Shown here in pieces: positions 1 through 13,349 of a stretch of DNA of 64,000 nucleotides (positions are counted from its first letter, which is position 1; the number at the start of each line of letters is the position of its first letter). This stretch comes from Podarcis cretensis (Eukaryota). A program made the translations under genes and the position numbers. The stretch is from positions 61,814,001-61,878,000 of the forward strand of contig OX638155.1 of NCBI GenBank assembly GCA_951804945.1, in the 5' to 3' direction. The notes beneath the pieces are model-generated. The model was given only the letters and a program-made list of their open reading frames with translations, did not search any database and was not told the origin of the DNA.

Positions 1-87
1 TATGAAAGGAGAAAGGAGAAGTATTAGATAACAATACACTTTGGGGGAAAATACTATATGTTACAAGCCAATCAGTTCCAACAATTG

Positions 88-119
<32 letters not shown>
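88..119. repeat. (AATC)n microsatellite
   Basis: about 8 tandem CAAT/AATC units. Confidence 0.95.
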
Positions 120-120
<1 letters not shown>

Positions 121-190
121 GCATGGTAAGTGGGCTTAGAAGTGTAGCCCAAGTAATCAATCCATGCCAAAAATAATTATAAAGCACCAT

Positions 191-442
191 TGTTGTTATA
201 TTTTACTGAGGCTAGGATTGTTTTCTCCTTTACAAGATAATGGAGATAGCTGTGTTGGTCCACTAGACAACACACTGAATCTGCTTAGTCTGAAAAAAAG
301 TTTGGTGACCTCAAAAGTTTGCTCATTATTTTGGGATGTTGTTACAGCACCATTGCTTTTGAGTGTTGTCCAGTGGACCAACACAGCTACCTCCAATTTG
401 TAATGGAGAAAATAATTCTAGCCTCAGTAAAATATAACAACA
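191..442 (+). mobile_element. Penelope-like (Neptune-type) fold-back remnant with ~80-bp inverted arms
   Basis: 191-273 is an imperfect reverse complement of 363-442; arms contain the Penelope-type terminus GACCAACACAGCTACC; spacer has degenerate hammerhead-like CTGAAAAAAAG..CTCAAAAG. Confidence 0.65.
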
Positions 443-1204
443 CCTAAGGAGTTCATAAAGTGCATGGGTAGACACTAAGAGATAATCGGAAGGTCAATAA
501 CCCCCAGGTTCAGCCTAGAATTGGCAGGTGTGGAATAGAGAAAAGAATTACAATTGATTTAGAGAGGACATCATAGCTATGGGATATTTAGACAGAAAAA
601 GTTGAGCTAACTTTGAAGAGCACTTTTAAAGCAAGTAACTGTTTTTTACAAGTGAAAAAAATAGATAATTCTGGAGTAGGAGAAAAAGTATTTCTTGCTC
701 CAGAAAAAAAATAATTATTAAATACTAAAGAAACAGACAGTTTCCTATCTTTATTGTTTTCTGTTATCTGGACTGCCTGCTATTTTAGAAAGGAAAGGAA
801 AGATAAACTTTTAAGGGATGATTCACATAAGCAACCCCTGCGCAGTTGGACAATTGAAAAGCAACAGTGTGAAGGCAATTCTGTTTGTGTAAAGTGGCTC
901 CTCGTGATGGTAGTGATTCGAGCACACATGATGGTATGGTGAAAATCAATGCAAGCATACAGCAAGCTGGTGTGCACACATTATTTGCAACATGAAGGAT
1001 TCCACATGGTTGCATTTTGAGCAGTGATGCATACGTTTTTATATTGCATTCTGGGAGGCAGCAGCTGGCACTGGGCAAAGATGGCATCCCATCAAGTAGC
1101 AATTTGAGTGTCTCAGGTTTAGCATGTACAGAGGATAGTGATACTTAACACATTGCTTTGCTTATAGAGGGAACTTTCGAGATGTGTAAACCTGAGGGGA
1201 TGGG

Positions 1205-1350
1205 AACAGAAGAAGAGCCCTGCTGGATCAGACCCAATGCCTATCTAGCCCAGGAGTCTGTTCTCACAGTGGCCAAACTATGGGAAGCCTCCAAGCAGGA
1301 CATAAGCACAACAGCTGCACTCTCCCCAGGGTTGTTCACCAGCAACTGCT
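1205..1350 (-). mobile_element. Old SINE/CR1-tail fragment
   Basis: AGAAGAGCCCTGCTGGATCAGACC..CTAGCCCAGGAGTCTGTTCTCACAGTGGCCAA resembles the reverse complement of the 3' end of a common squamate SINE. Confidence 0.6.
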
Positions 1351-1902
1351 GTACAAAGGGCCATTTATTTTACAGCTACACAGGATTAACCCAAGGAAAC
1401 TATTGTCTTGTGGATTAATACAAAGCTCAGGCAATGTACCTCGATGTGCTCTGTTGGAGGGACAGGATCTTTGGCAAAGATAAGCAAGAAGATAATGGAG
1501 ACTGTGGATCCCACCGCAAATCTGTGCTACTTCATGATTTCTTTACGTATCTCTCACCCCTGCAACCTGCTAAAAAAAATTATCCTTGCAATATTAAGAA
1601 AAATATTGTGTTGGAGAACAGTGTAAAATCAGCAATGAAATTACACCCATAGAACAAATATAATATATATCACAAATCAGTAGTTCAAATTAATGATTTC
1701 CAAGTCTATAGTGACTTTCAACAACATACAATGGTGCAGTAATAAGTATCACCTTAATCTATCTTTCATTAAGATTTTGTTAGTGCATAGTATTGCTGAG
1801 TGGGCAGTGTTTTTGTCTGTTTTCCATATTGTACAACTACATTGCAAATCATATTTCCTTGAAATCCCTGGTTACAAATTCAAGATGTATTTTTTTTTTA
1901 GT

Positions 1903-1972
1903 CTTCCTTCCTTCCTTCCTTCCTTCCTTCCTTCCTTCCTTCCTTCCTTCCTTCCTCCCTCCCTCCCTCCCT
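1903..1972. repeat. (TTCC)n/(TCCC)n microsatellite
   Basis: direct tandem repeat. Confidence 0.95.
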
Positions 1973-3794
1973 GTCTAAAATTAAGCACAGAAAACATTTA
2001 CTTAAGATGGACAGTATTTATAGAAAAAAACAAAAAACTGTGTGCTGCATCCCATAGGTTTATTGACTGTAATTACCTTCTAATTATTTCTCAGATTTTA
2101 GTAATGGGAATTCCTGTCAGAAAGTTGTATTGAGCTGTTTTAAGTACATATCTTGTGTAAGTTCCATTACTGGTCCTTCATAGCAGCATCCCATTACACT
2201 TTCCCTCTCCCATAGATCTTTCTACTAGTGGATAGATTTCAGTAATGTTAATAATACACCAATTTCATAGATTGCCTTAATGGCCAAGGTTGCTAAAAAA
2301 TGGAAGCTGCCTTTTTTCCTACTTCCTCCCAGAAAAATGATGAGGTCTGAATTTCTGCTGTGTACTTCAGAATTCAGATTCTTCTTAGGTTAACAGGGTT
2401 ACCGTTCCCAACCATCTGTCAATCTCAGGCCCTTGGAAAAAAAGATCACTTTTCTCAGATCAGCCTGTAGCTTGTTAAGCTGTTTCAACAGTCCAGAAGT
2501 AGGGTATGTTTAGTTAAAATCTTTAAAATCTTTATGCTGTGGAACTTTCATTACATTTTATATATTTCTCTACTTTCCTTCTTAATATAATTGCCCTCTA
2601 ACAGGATCCATTCCTCTAACCCTGATTAGAAATATCCTTTACCTCTTCCCACTGCAACCAATTGACCTCCAAACAGCAACAAGAGAGATCTGGAATATAA
2701 CCCCCCTCAAATTCAAACTCTCATTGTCAGTCTGAGTTCTTTCTGGAGCTGGAAGTCACAGTTAAAGGTCAGAGCATTGATACAGGGTATATTAGTGAAC
2801 TGTACCTCATGTTAGCTCCAAACCCTGTAGTGCTTGAGGTAAAAAGACTGATGAAACCTCTTTTAAAACTTTCCTATCAGTATACTCGTTATGTAGGAAG
2901 GATGCTTTTGTGATGACAGAGGGAATCAAAGCAGTTATTCATGGGTTCATTTTTTGGCCTAACAATCAATTAATGACCCACGGGTCACAGAACTCTATTT
3001 TTAATGCCTCCTTATCTCAGAATGGCTTAGGATAGTGATGTCCTTTTGGTCTTGGAAAATGGTCTTCTAAAATAAAAGATGTCAACTGTCAAGGAAATTT
3101 ATATGCGGGACCTGGAAAAGCTATGTGTCTTCTATAAAATCAGGATTGGTTTGATTAGCTTTGATATGGTTTCATTGAAGGCGCTATAACATTATTGGTA
3201 GTAGGAATGCTTTTGCAGTAAGGCTGATGGCTGGCTGGCATTTTACAGAAGTATTTCCTTTTCTCCTCCCCTCTTTATTCTCTTCATACTCCCGTAACAC
3301 GTTGCTTGCAAATGTAGCTTAAACTGTGATATAACAGCGTGGCAATCTTTATGATATTCTATGGAAGATCCCCCCCCCCCAGTAACTTTAAATGTGGCTC
3401 TGACACACACAATCTCATTTTTAGTGTGGACCTGATTTGCTCAGATTAGCCTTTCAATATTTATGGTTTGTGAACACGTTGTTTTTCTGTATACGCAGCT
3501 GGTTGTTCTCAAGTAAGTTGTAAGAGCCTGTAAAGATGCATTGATTTGAACTCCAGTGAGGTTCCTGTCTGTTGTCAATCACTGTGTAGTTTTTATTTTT
3601 TTTAAAAGCCATACTTAGAAGCCTGTATGGTATTTAGTGACAATGAATATACTCCTAGAAACCTGAATTTCTGAAGTTAAATGTTGTAAGCATATGCTTT
3701 CTCACTGAGCTATGGCCCAAGCCATTAAGGAAGTAGAAAAACACGATAGCATCTTTCAGATATCTGCAAGTCTTTCCTGAAGAAGAGGAGAGAT

Positions 3795-4289
3795 CAGTGG
3801 CGGACCTACATTTTGTGGGGCACTGAAGCTTGAACTATTTTTGGGGCCCCTTCACAATCAGCAATGAGGTCTAGGTAACCACTGTTATCAATGGGGTTGT
3901 TCCATGATGGAACACCACAAATTTTATGTGAGTTTGCGATTTTGGTTATCCACTTAAGTACTTTCATGAACTCATTGTTATTTTTCTAGGGTCTTGACCT
4001 CTGTTAAAAATCTGGGGGTGGATTACATTAGCCACAGCAGAGCAGCCCAATTTACAGCAATTTACAGCAACACTCTACCTTTGCAACATTTTTGCTACTG
4101 ACTCTGAAACTTTGGGATTGTTGTAATACATAGAACAAGAAATTAATCAAGTTGAGTTGTGTGACTCAGATTGGGTCTACTAGATCAAAAAATTTTAAGC
4201 AATGTGGATTAAAGTCACTTCTGGGCCTCCTCTGGGATCAGGGGTCCTGAAGCTTAAGCTTCATTGGTTTCATAGTAGATCTACCCCTG
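3795..4289. mobile_element. Non-autonomous hAT DNA transposon (MITE)
   Basis: TIR CAGTGGCGGACCTAC...GTAGATCTACCCCTG; 8-bp TSD GGAGAGAT/GGAAAAAT (2 mismatches); subterminal GGGGCACTGAAGCT/GGGGTCCTGAAGCT repeats. Confidence 0.7.
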
Positions 4290-5603
4290 GGAAAAATATA
4301 CCAATTTGCATTTTGGGGAGCACATTGTCACATGTTTAGGATATTAGAACATGTCTAAGTACGATAATGTATTTGAACATATTGCTTGGGAAAGTTGTAA
4401 AAGTCCATCAATGAAGACTGTATAGCTTATAGACAGAAATCTTTTGGTATACTTGATGTGTAGAATATATTTCTTCAAAGCATCAGGTTTCCAATTCGTT
4501 TTGCCAAGCAGTAATGAATCAGCCCTTTGGCATTTTTAGTTTGTTTTTGGCTGTTTCCAAACACAGGTTCTCCAAACACAGGTTCTCAAGACACAGCCGA
4601 CACAGCCTATTTCCTTCATCAGCCAGCCAGAGTCACTGAAAGTAGCCAGACAGCGGCACAGGTATGTAGGACATTATTGTAGAAAACATGCTTTTATATA
4701 TAATTTATATTGTTGATTTTATGACATTGCAAAAAAGTCTCGCCAACAAACTGCATCTTTGGAATAGGGTTAGGGTTAAAAGAAAAGGTAAATAATATTG
4801 CATTCACTCAACAAATTAAGATTGATTTATACCATTGCATAAAAGTCTTTGTGGGTGGTGCCATCCTTTGTACATAATACCAAAAAACCTTTACAGGTGC
4901 AGAATTTCTTTGAATGCATTTTTGAAAATTAAATATTAGAGTTGTTCCTTACTGAATGATGAGGAGCAGCACATTAGTATTTTTATTAACATTTTGTGAT
5001 CATTCTTTTCGTTTTATTCCCTTGGGTTATGCCTATTCAATCCATCGACTGCTTAGGCTCTTCATCCTCCAGGCTACTGTCACAGAGAAGAACATGAATC
5101 TGTTAGAGTCTAAATGATAGGTTGTATTATTTCCAGTGGATCTCTTCCAGAAAGTAAATTGTGCTGTGAATAATAAAATGTCATAATGTCAATCCTTTTT
5201 CTGATTTTCACATTTCAGGGAATAATAATGACAAGGGTATAATGACAAGCCCATGATTATGACAGGGGTATAATGATGGTCTTCATCTATTTTTAGCATT
5301 TCCACTGAACTCATTCAGAGGTAGTCTCACATACACCTGTAGTTAGTAATATGCCCACTGATGCCATACCAAGCATTGATCACTTGGGCCAAGTTCACCT
5401 ATTACATTTCTGATAGTGAAGGAGCATCACAACAAAAGCCATCAAATTTCAGTGGCAACCTCCAAGTTCTTTGTGAGTACAGTAACCAACTCTTAGAATA
5501 ACAAATATCTGGTACGTGGGTGGGTTCTGGAAGAAGCCATCATGGGAGTTCAGGTTTAGAGTAGAACTCATTGGTAGGTTTTTGCAGGTATAAGGACAGA
5601 GAG

Positions 5604-5720
5604 CAGGGCGGTGGTGCTGTGGGTTAAACCACAAAGCCTAGGACTTGCCAATCAGAAGGTCGGCGGTTCGAATCCCTGCGATGGGGTGAGCTCCCGTTGC
5701 TTAGTCCCAGCTCCTGCCCA
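5604..5720 (+). mobile_element. Sauria SINE, 5' part only
   Basis: GTGGTGCTGTGGGTTAAACC..GGTTCGAATCCC (pol III A/B boxes); same head as 50308-50651. Confidence 0.9.
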
Positions 5721-5790
5721 AAATTTATTTATGTTGAAAATATTCATACAAGGTCCACAGGCCTGTAGGCCTGGTCTTGGATTATATATA

Positions 5791-6013
5791 CAGTGGTACC
5801 TCGGGTTAAGAACTTAATTCGTTCCGGAGGTCCGTTCTTAACCTGAAACTGTTCTTAACCTGAGGTACCACTTTAGCTAATGGGGCCTCTCACTGCCGCC
5901 ACGCCACCATGCAATTTCTGTTCTCATCCTGAAGCAAAGTTCTTAACCCGAGGTACTTTTTCTGGGTTAGTGGAGTCTGTAACCTGAAGCATCTGTAACC
6001 CGAGGTACCACTG
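5791..6013. mobile_element. Tc1/mariner (Tigger/pogo-like) MITE
   Basis: TIR CAGTGGTACCTCGGGTTA...TAACCCGAGGTACCACTG with TA TSD; sister copies at 25219 and 53898. Confidence 0.92.
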
Positions 6014-6098
6014 TATGAGGAATGTTGCAGGTTGAATTAATACTTAGCCCTCTCTTCCATCTCCTACCTCTACTCCATAGGCCCCAAACCATGTCTGT

Positions 6099-6720
6099 GT
6101 GCAATACCTACTTAGGACAATCCAAGCGAAGGACAGCAAGGAATTTTGGAGGATAGTTTCTGGTGCCCTTCAAGACAGTAGCAACCAAACAATGACTACC
6201 ACCCCCACTTCCAGCTGGTTCAACCATTACTCTGCAATATTTACAGAGCCAACAAATCTAATAGCCACACAAAACAGGCCCAGCTGTGTACATCTTCCTG
6301 ACAGGACCCCAGTGGAACCGGACGAAATACTCTTCATAATCAAGAATCTAAAACCAAATAAATGCCCAGGACCAGACAGGATACCTGGGGAACTCTTCAA
6401 GCACAATCCAGACTAGTGGGCCCTTCCTCTAGCCAACGTATTTACATTAATTGACAAATCTGGAATACTACCAGATGTCTGGCTAAACCCCATAATTACC
6501 CCCATATTCAAAAAAGGTGACCTGAAGCTGCCTGAAAATTACTTTCAGATAAGCCTTCTATCAGTCCTTGGCAAGATGTATGCCCAACACTTGGGGGGAA
6601 AACTAAAGAACTGGAGGACTTCCAAAAAGATCCTTAGACTCAAAGAAATAGGATTCTGCCACGGCAAATCTACCACCGATCACTGCACTGTCCTTTCACA
6701 TCTAGTGGAAAAATACTGTG
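6099..6720 (+). pseudogene. Internal fragment of non-LTR retrotransposon ORF2 (pre-RT/RT domains 0-2), RTE-X-like clade
   Basis: Continuous frame with one stop: IKNLKPNKCPGPDRIPGELFK..*..ITPIFKKGDLKLPENYFQISLLSVLGKMY..GFCHGKSTTDHCTVLSHLVEKY; clade assignment is tentative. Confidence 0.85.
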
Positions 6721-8404
6721 TAGAATATATCTGTGTGCAATCTAGCATACTAAAGAAAGGAAAGAGTCATACCCATAACTCGGCCCACTTTTGATTCTGT
6801 TACTGCCTGTTTCTGGAATGTGGACATTGGCAGATGTTGACTAAGGTAATCTGGACCGTCACCAGAAAAAAAAAAAAATTCCCAACATAAAGAATGAATG
6901 ACCCAAGGTGACCCAGTGAGCTTTTTATATTATTAGTGGCCATACCAGAAAAAAGAAGAACAATCACATCTCCTCACAATATCTACCAGCAGGAGAATTC
7001 TTGCTACTAAGAATTCTTTACTTCCCCTACGCCCACCCCTTGCCTTTAGCAGGTTGTAATCAGAAAGACAAGCCAATACTGAACGGTATAATTTTGAGCC
7101 ACTAGAATGTCTGAGAGGTTTATTTTCAACGGTACTTTGAATTAGATCAATCACAGCAGTGCTGTGGTAATTTTAGAATTGGTACCATGGCATTTCCACT
7201 TTACCAGCACTTTGCCTTCCTGTTTGAAAGATATACAGAATAGCCTAATTGGCTTCTTGAGATCCTGGTTCTTGTGAATCACAAAAGAAATCTCCATGAC
7301 TGCAAGGTAAGCACACTCTGCTTCTTAATTTTAAATTCCAATTCTGAAGAAAAATACTATTCCTTATTTTTTTTTTCTAAAAAAACAAACAAAATTGGCT
7401 TATTTATTTAGATTTTTTTAAAAATCTCAGACAATCACCAAATTCCAGCCAGAAAATTGTACTTTTCAAAATTATGTTTATGTTGAATCGATATGTAGAT
7501 ATTTTTTATAAAATAAAAACCCCACTGAAGTATTTTTCATTATAATTCTGTATGCAGCATGAGAACAAAGGGGCTCAGAAATTGATATGTGGTGACTCTA
7601 AGTGGGTTTTTATGTATTCCGTTCACTGTATTTTAAGCAAGTGTCACATTCATTATGTCTAGCTAAGCTCCTTTATGCAGCTGACCTTTGTGCCACTGGT
7701 CTCACAGAGTACTGAAGCAATATCAAAAACTGAGTGTGTGAATTCAGCAGGCCACTACCCCTGGGAAGAGGATTTCAGTCCAGTCAACATTGGTGCCAGC
7801 CCTCCTGAAATGCCCTTTTCCCAGAGTTCTGGTGGCTCTCAGCAGCCTATATTTTGTGGGACTGTAGCCCTGTGTAAGAATTCTGGCTCTTGAAAGGGGA
7901 ACATTTTGTGGAATTTCTGCCCATTTGACTTTTCATAATGTACAAGGAACTAGACGCTAGTAGCTGACTCCATATTTAAATGAGTGCATTGCCCTCAATC
8001 AACATGCTGACCCTTGATCTCACATGAAATTCCCTCCCCAGCAAAATGAGACTTTTCATATCTAATCCACTATTTGTTGACGTTTTTTATAACTACCCCC
8101 ATTCTCATCTTTTGGCTGAGATGGATTTAAAGGGAGGTTTAAACCACAGTTTAGACTATTGGGTAGGGTTTATATTGTAGCCTCTGTCATGCTCCCATTG
8201 CTTTTTGATTGAGATGAAGGGGTCTGTGGGATTCTGGAGCAGAATTTTGTATATTGCGGGTGCCATCCCCCTGCCACCTCTCCCCACCTCTCTTCTCCCC
8301 CAACCTGATACTGTATACAACATTAAAGTCTCACAGCAAATGATCTGTAGAAAGGACCTTATGATCTCAAAATAAAGATGATGTATGTACTTTTGTAACC
8401 CAAG

Positions 8405-8407
<3 letters not shown>

Positions 8408-8462
<55 letters not shown>

Positions 8463-8469
8463 CATATAT
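8408..8469. repeat. (TA)n microsatellite
   Basis: direct tandem repeat. Confidence 0.95.
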
Positions 8470-8974
8470 GAAACTAACCCCATTCCCTCAGAGTTAGAAT
8501 GTCCATGAACATTCTGTGACATCCTAGCAGCTAAAGGGAGTATAAATGGGAGCTAATTTACAGCTGCAACTCAGGAGACACTTACTAAGTCCTGTTGAAC
8601 TCAGCGGTTCCTACTTCTGAGTGCACATGAATAGGTTTGCACTGTTAGCCTATTATATATTTAGGACTTACAAGGAAGAATAGGTAGCAATGACTAATGC
8701 TTTCAGTACATATCTAGTAACTTATATATTAAGCAACATAACCTGTTGATATCACATTGCACTTTTTACATATATCAAACAGGATCAGATATATGTAACT
8801 CATGTTTTGAGAGAAACAGAATGTTCAAACCTATCCATCTAACAATACCCCCCAATATTAAAATTGAACATGATGATTTCTGGATTTTTACAAGGATAAT
8901 TCACAGGGAGGTTCAGCCAGTTGTTACTATCAAATTTTCAGTCAGTACTGCCTTCAAAATTTAAGAACAAGGGG

Positions 8975-8976
<2 letters not shown>

Positions 8977-9023
<47 letters not shown>

Positions 9024-9031
9024 TGTGTGTG
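8977..9031. repeat. Compound (CT)n(GT)n microsatellite
   Basis: direct tandem repeat. Confidence 0.95.
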
Positions 9032-10064
9032 ATTGATTTCCGAAAGCTTAATTGGCATATTTTAAAGAAGAAAATGTGTCTTTGGAAAGATAAATAATAT
9101 TTAGCAGCTACTGAAACTATTTCATGGGTAGGAAATCTAGAAATAAAAAATATAGCGTGGAGTATGTGAGTTATTGAACATTCTCAAGGCAATTAAAATT
9201 TAAAGTGGTAAGGGGAATTTGAATGCAATATCTATGAAATATATAATGCCTTCCATTTCAAGAGGTTTTTTGATTGGTTTGACATTATAGTATTGTTTGA
9301 AATAGGGCTCTTACCATGGAATAGAAATGCCGTGAATTGGAGAGAAAGGTTGTATAATTTATAAACTCTACTTAATAAAGCATATGTTAAGTACAGCTCT
9401 GTGTAGAAGAGTCCTTTAAGGTTATTTATAGCTTGATTTATTATATTAGAGTTCTTCTTAATAATAGAGTTATCTTACCTTTGTAATTGGGTCCATCAGT
9501 TAAGATTAGAGAGGATGTTTTACGTGTCTGAGAGACAGTGGTGAGACAGCTATGAATCTGACTAGCAAATAGCAGGGTGGGATGGAAATCAATAAAGTTG
9601 AGTTCCAATTCTTTAAAACATGAATGATCTGTAACACAAATTATACGAGATCCAAGTCTCGTATTCTTTCCAAGATGGATGCCTAAGCGGCTTGACCAAA
9701 GCATAGCTCCTCATTCAGTTGAATGACAGTTACTTAATAGCTGTTGGTTGCTGGTTATTGCTTTTATTCAGGCATTTTTAATTAGCCTTTCTACATACTC
9801 CCCCCCTTCTATTTCCACTTAGAAATGCTTCTAAGGGTAGTTTACATGGACAAGCACAGGGTGTTAATAATCTTACCATGACGTGGCATCTACATCTGTA
9901 TCTGACGCAACCTGTCAGATAGAGGAGTCAACTTTACTTGCTACTGAATGGAAATGTAAAGGTGACAAAGGCACAGTAAGCCAGCTTCAGTCCATGCCAG
10001 CTTTGCTCTGTCCCAGTGCTGTAGGTGGTCAACACTCACATGGATGCAGCTGTCATACAGGTGC

Positions 10065-10225
10065 CAGGTTCACACATGATGCTTAGCCATGGCTAATGTA
10101 AGCTAAGGTTTATAAACTTACAATGAACTACGGCTTGTGACCATAGTATGTTTGTGAATAGCAAACCATGGTTAAGCTGCTGGCCAATGCTAAACCATGG
10201 CTTTGCATTACATGCAATTGAGGCC
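10065..10225. mobile_element. Palindromic MITE (PIF/Harbinger-like) with AAACCATGGTT repeats
   Basis: repeated self-complementary (A)ACCATGG(T) motifs and roughly inverted ends; related sequence at ~38390-38520 and ~39215-39290. Confidence 0.5.
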
Positions 10226-11929
10226 AGTGAGTTTTGAGGTAGCTAGCACAGGTAATGAGGCCCCAAAAGGCCTCATTATGACTCATAAAAGTTGTATAAC
10301 TTGTACAGTTTGAGCCAAATACTGATAATTGGAATGCTTACTTCTTGGTGCCAAAGGAGGCTAATCATTTCAGAAAATTAGGAGCAGAAGTCCTTTGAAC
10401 TCTTTCCAAGCAGAGGAACATTTAACCAGTCTCACTTCTCCAGAATTTTAAACCTATTACTTCTTGCTAAGATATGAATCACTTTTCTCTCACCTCCAGT
10501 ATTCAGCAGACATACGGTAGGCACTGAATTCCTTTTAGAAGTCTCTTCTTCTTTTGTGCTCAGATTTAATACTTAATGTTGGCATAAACTATGATAATAC
10601 ACTGGCCATGATACATCACAGTTAATTGTGTTTAAGGCAATTGAATTCTCTAAGCTTCTCTTAGTGACCCTACCTGTGTGTTAGACGCTGGGCATTGCTG
10701 TGACCACTTTCATGGGACTGCAGGTTACTTACCACAAATGCAATGTGGCTTGATTTACATTGTCCCTTTAGAGTGCATCCCTAACCCGCTAATGATGGTG
10801 CTTGGGGGCTTAGGATATCATCACTCTCTATCACTCTCAGCTGGTGGAATGGAGCACCACTAGTGGGGAGCTCCGCCACAGCAGAAGTCTCAGTCTTGGA
10901 GATGGGTCAGCAGTGCCTGCTGTTCTGCTGGCAGTAGCCAGTGGAAAGCCCTGACATGGGGGCATTGGGGTACCATAAGTGTTGTATCCCCCAAATGGCC
11001 ATATCCTCAGACCCTTCAACAACACTAGTGTGCAGCTGACATTGCAAAAAATAAAAATAAAAACTGCTTCCCACCTTCCATCCTGAGCAGTGTGACTGGC
11101 CAGTGGTTAATCTGCTGTTGCACTCTGCCCTGATGCTGTTGTTTGTTAGAAAATATTTACCAAGAAATATAAATTGAAAACCCCTTTCTGTAAGAATTAT
11201 TTTCTGTTTGTAAGCATTGACAAGCTTGTGCTCTCCAAAAAGTCAGCCTGTGCCCTCCCCCCCACCAAGTAATTTCCAAGCGTCAATAAACCCCCCTCAA
11301 ATAGCATGTGGTATGCCATGATGGGTGCGGCAGGATCAGAAGATCATGAGTCTATAGCAGGTCTGTATTGCAAAACCAAACAAGCAAAAATTAAAATAAG
11401 ATATGGGCATCTCCATTCCCAAGCAATGGGAATGAAAAGTGCTCACAAAGGACACCTTGAGATCCAAGTACCATTTAAAAGGTACATTTCATTTCACCAA
11501 GTACCATTTATATATATATTTGTGGTGCAATGAAAACATGTCATACCATCTTCCCTTTAAAATATAACACTCATAATTCAGAGAGCTCTCCGTTGTCCTA
11601 GTTTGATGTTGTATATGTCAACTTTGAAAGTTAGTGTTCCATAAATATTTTTAGTAGCCCACTTTTCTGTACATACATGTGTTTGCCATTTCTAGTGCAT
11701 TAGTAGCCTAGATGCTTAAAGAGACCAACTCTTTCTAGTAGTACTGCTGATTTTCTAATATAAGGGATCCATGAAGTGGACTTCCTCAGTTTAAAGTATG
11801 GCACACCATTGCAAATGACACTCAAATCTTTCCAGGAAATGGAGTTCCAATTTAATCCAGTTAGGAAGAGCTTCCCTGCCTGGTCACCCATGTACAATTC
11901 TCACTTGCCACAGGTGGTCAGGTCACTTA

Positions 11930-12240
11930 ACAAGTATCTAGAATGCTCAGAAATATATCTCCTGCTACTGCTATTCTTGGCTATATGCCATATTTAAGGG
12001 CTGTTGACAGATAGATACAATTGGTGGCATCGTAGGGCACTTGTGGCAATCAAGAGGTTAATACTCAGGCCCTGGAAGGCCACGACTTCAACTGGCCTAG
12101 ATGAATGGCATGAAAAAATGTTAGAACTGACAGTGTGGGGATGTGTAATGTTCTGCAGGCAAGGAACAGCGGACGGGGGGTGAGCAGGTTGAGGATGATA
12201 AACATTGGTCAACATTCTCTAGATTTCCATGGAAAGTATT
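11930..12240 (+). mobile_element. Degenerate L1 ORF2 C-terminal fragment
   Basis: translates (with frameshift) SPATAILGYMP..ALVAIKRLILRPWKATTSTGLDEWHEKMLEL..KHWSTF, resembling the non-mammalian L1 ORF2 tail. Confidence 0.55.
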
Positions 12241-13349
12241 ATATGGGGCACAAATTCAGCTGCAAACATCAAGGTTTCAGCCTTGGTTTATAATCTCTGT
12301 TGCAACAGAAACTGTGATAATGCAAAACCCAAAATTTGATTTTCTTGAAAGAAAACATCTCAAATACCAATTTTCCTCCAGAGTGTTACAATGAATAATT
12401 AAATATCAAAATAGCTTTATTAGGTGAAACTAACGCTCCTCTAAGTTCAGCATCTTGTATTGACAATGTTTACTTTTGAATGTTTCAGGATTGTATTACA
12501 GCAGAGGGCATAGATAGAGGACATCACTCCCTATTGTTTATTCCCAACTTTCAAGAGCAACTTCTTTCTGCCAGAAAAAAGTTACTTTTCAGCTTCAGTT
12601 TTTCCAATCCAGTGACTTGCATCACCCGATTTTCTCTCTCCTTCCCAACGCCATTACTTTCCTGAGCTTCAAACCACTCACATCCTCTGTATGCCGCTGT
12701 GAAATTTCATCAGAGAGATTTCCAGTAGGAACCTTTTGTGAGTTGTTATTTTCACATAAAATATACTTTAGAGCCTTCGTGTTTGGTTTGGAAACTTTGC
12801 AAAGAGACTGTCAACCATAAGAAGATATAGATTGGGGTAAGGAAAGGGTAGGGGGGTGGAACGTAGACTGACAAACTAGTCAGGTGTATTGTAAAAATTC
12901 TCCCAGAAATAGCAGCTGCAGAAATGTCAATGCTGGGCTCACCCATCAGAGAATCGCCAAGGGAACAGGTATCAACTGTGGTATAAGGTGCAAGCTGCTC
13001 TAGCTCCAGGTTTTGGGGCACCCTTTGCATAGGGACCTCCCATGGACCACCACTACAAATATTTATGGGTTCCACTTTTCTGTCCATTCATTTTCACACT
13101 GTCTGGGGCCAGCGTGTGCTAATGTCCAACCAGACCAAGATAAAAAGAAGGAAAGAACAAAGGAAGCAGAGAATGCTGTTTCATCTCCTCACTCTTGTCA
13201 TGGTTTTCATACCTGAACACGAAGGAGAAAGAGGAGTAGGACCAGGAAGCTCCAGAGAGTGGCAGCAGACCCCTTAATTCTGGAATGCCTTCCTTGGCAA
13301 TGATTATTCCTTTCCCACATAAGATCTCTGCATTTGCCTGTCTCCAGGG

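Noticed and set aside
1693-2133. 146-aa ORF
   Set aside because: Open largely because of the (TTCC)n microsatellite; no domain.
4765-4778. TAGGGTTAGGGTTA telomere-like repeat
   Set aside because: Only about two units; expected by chance.
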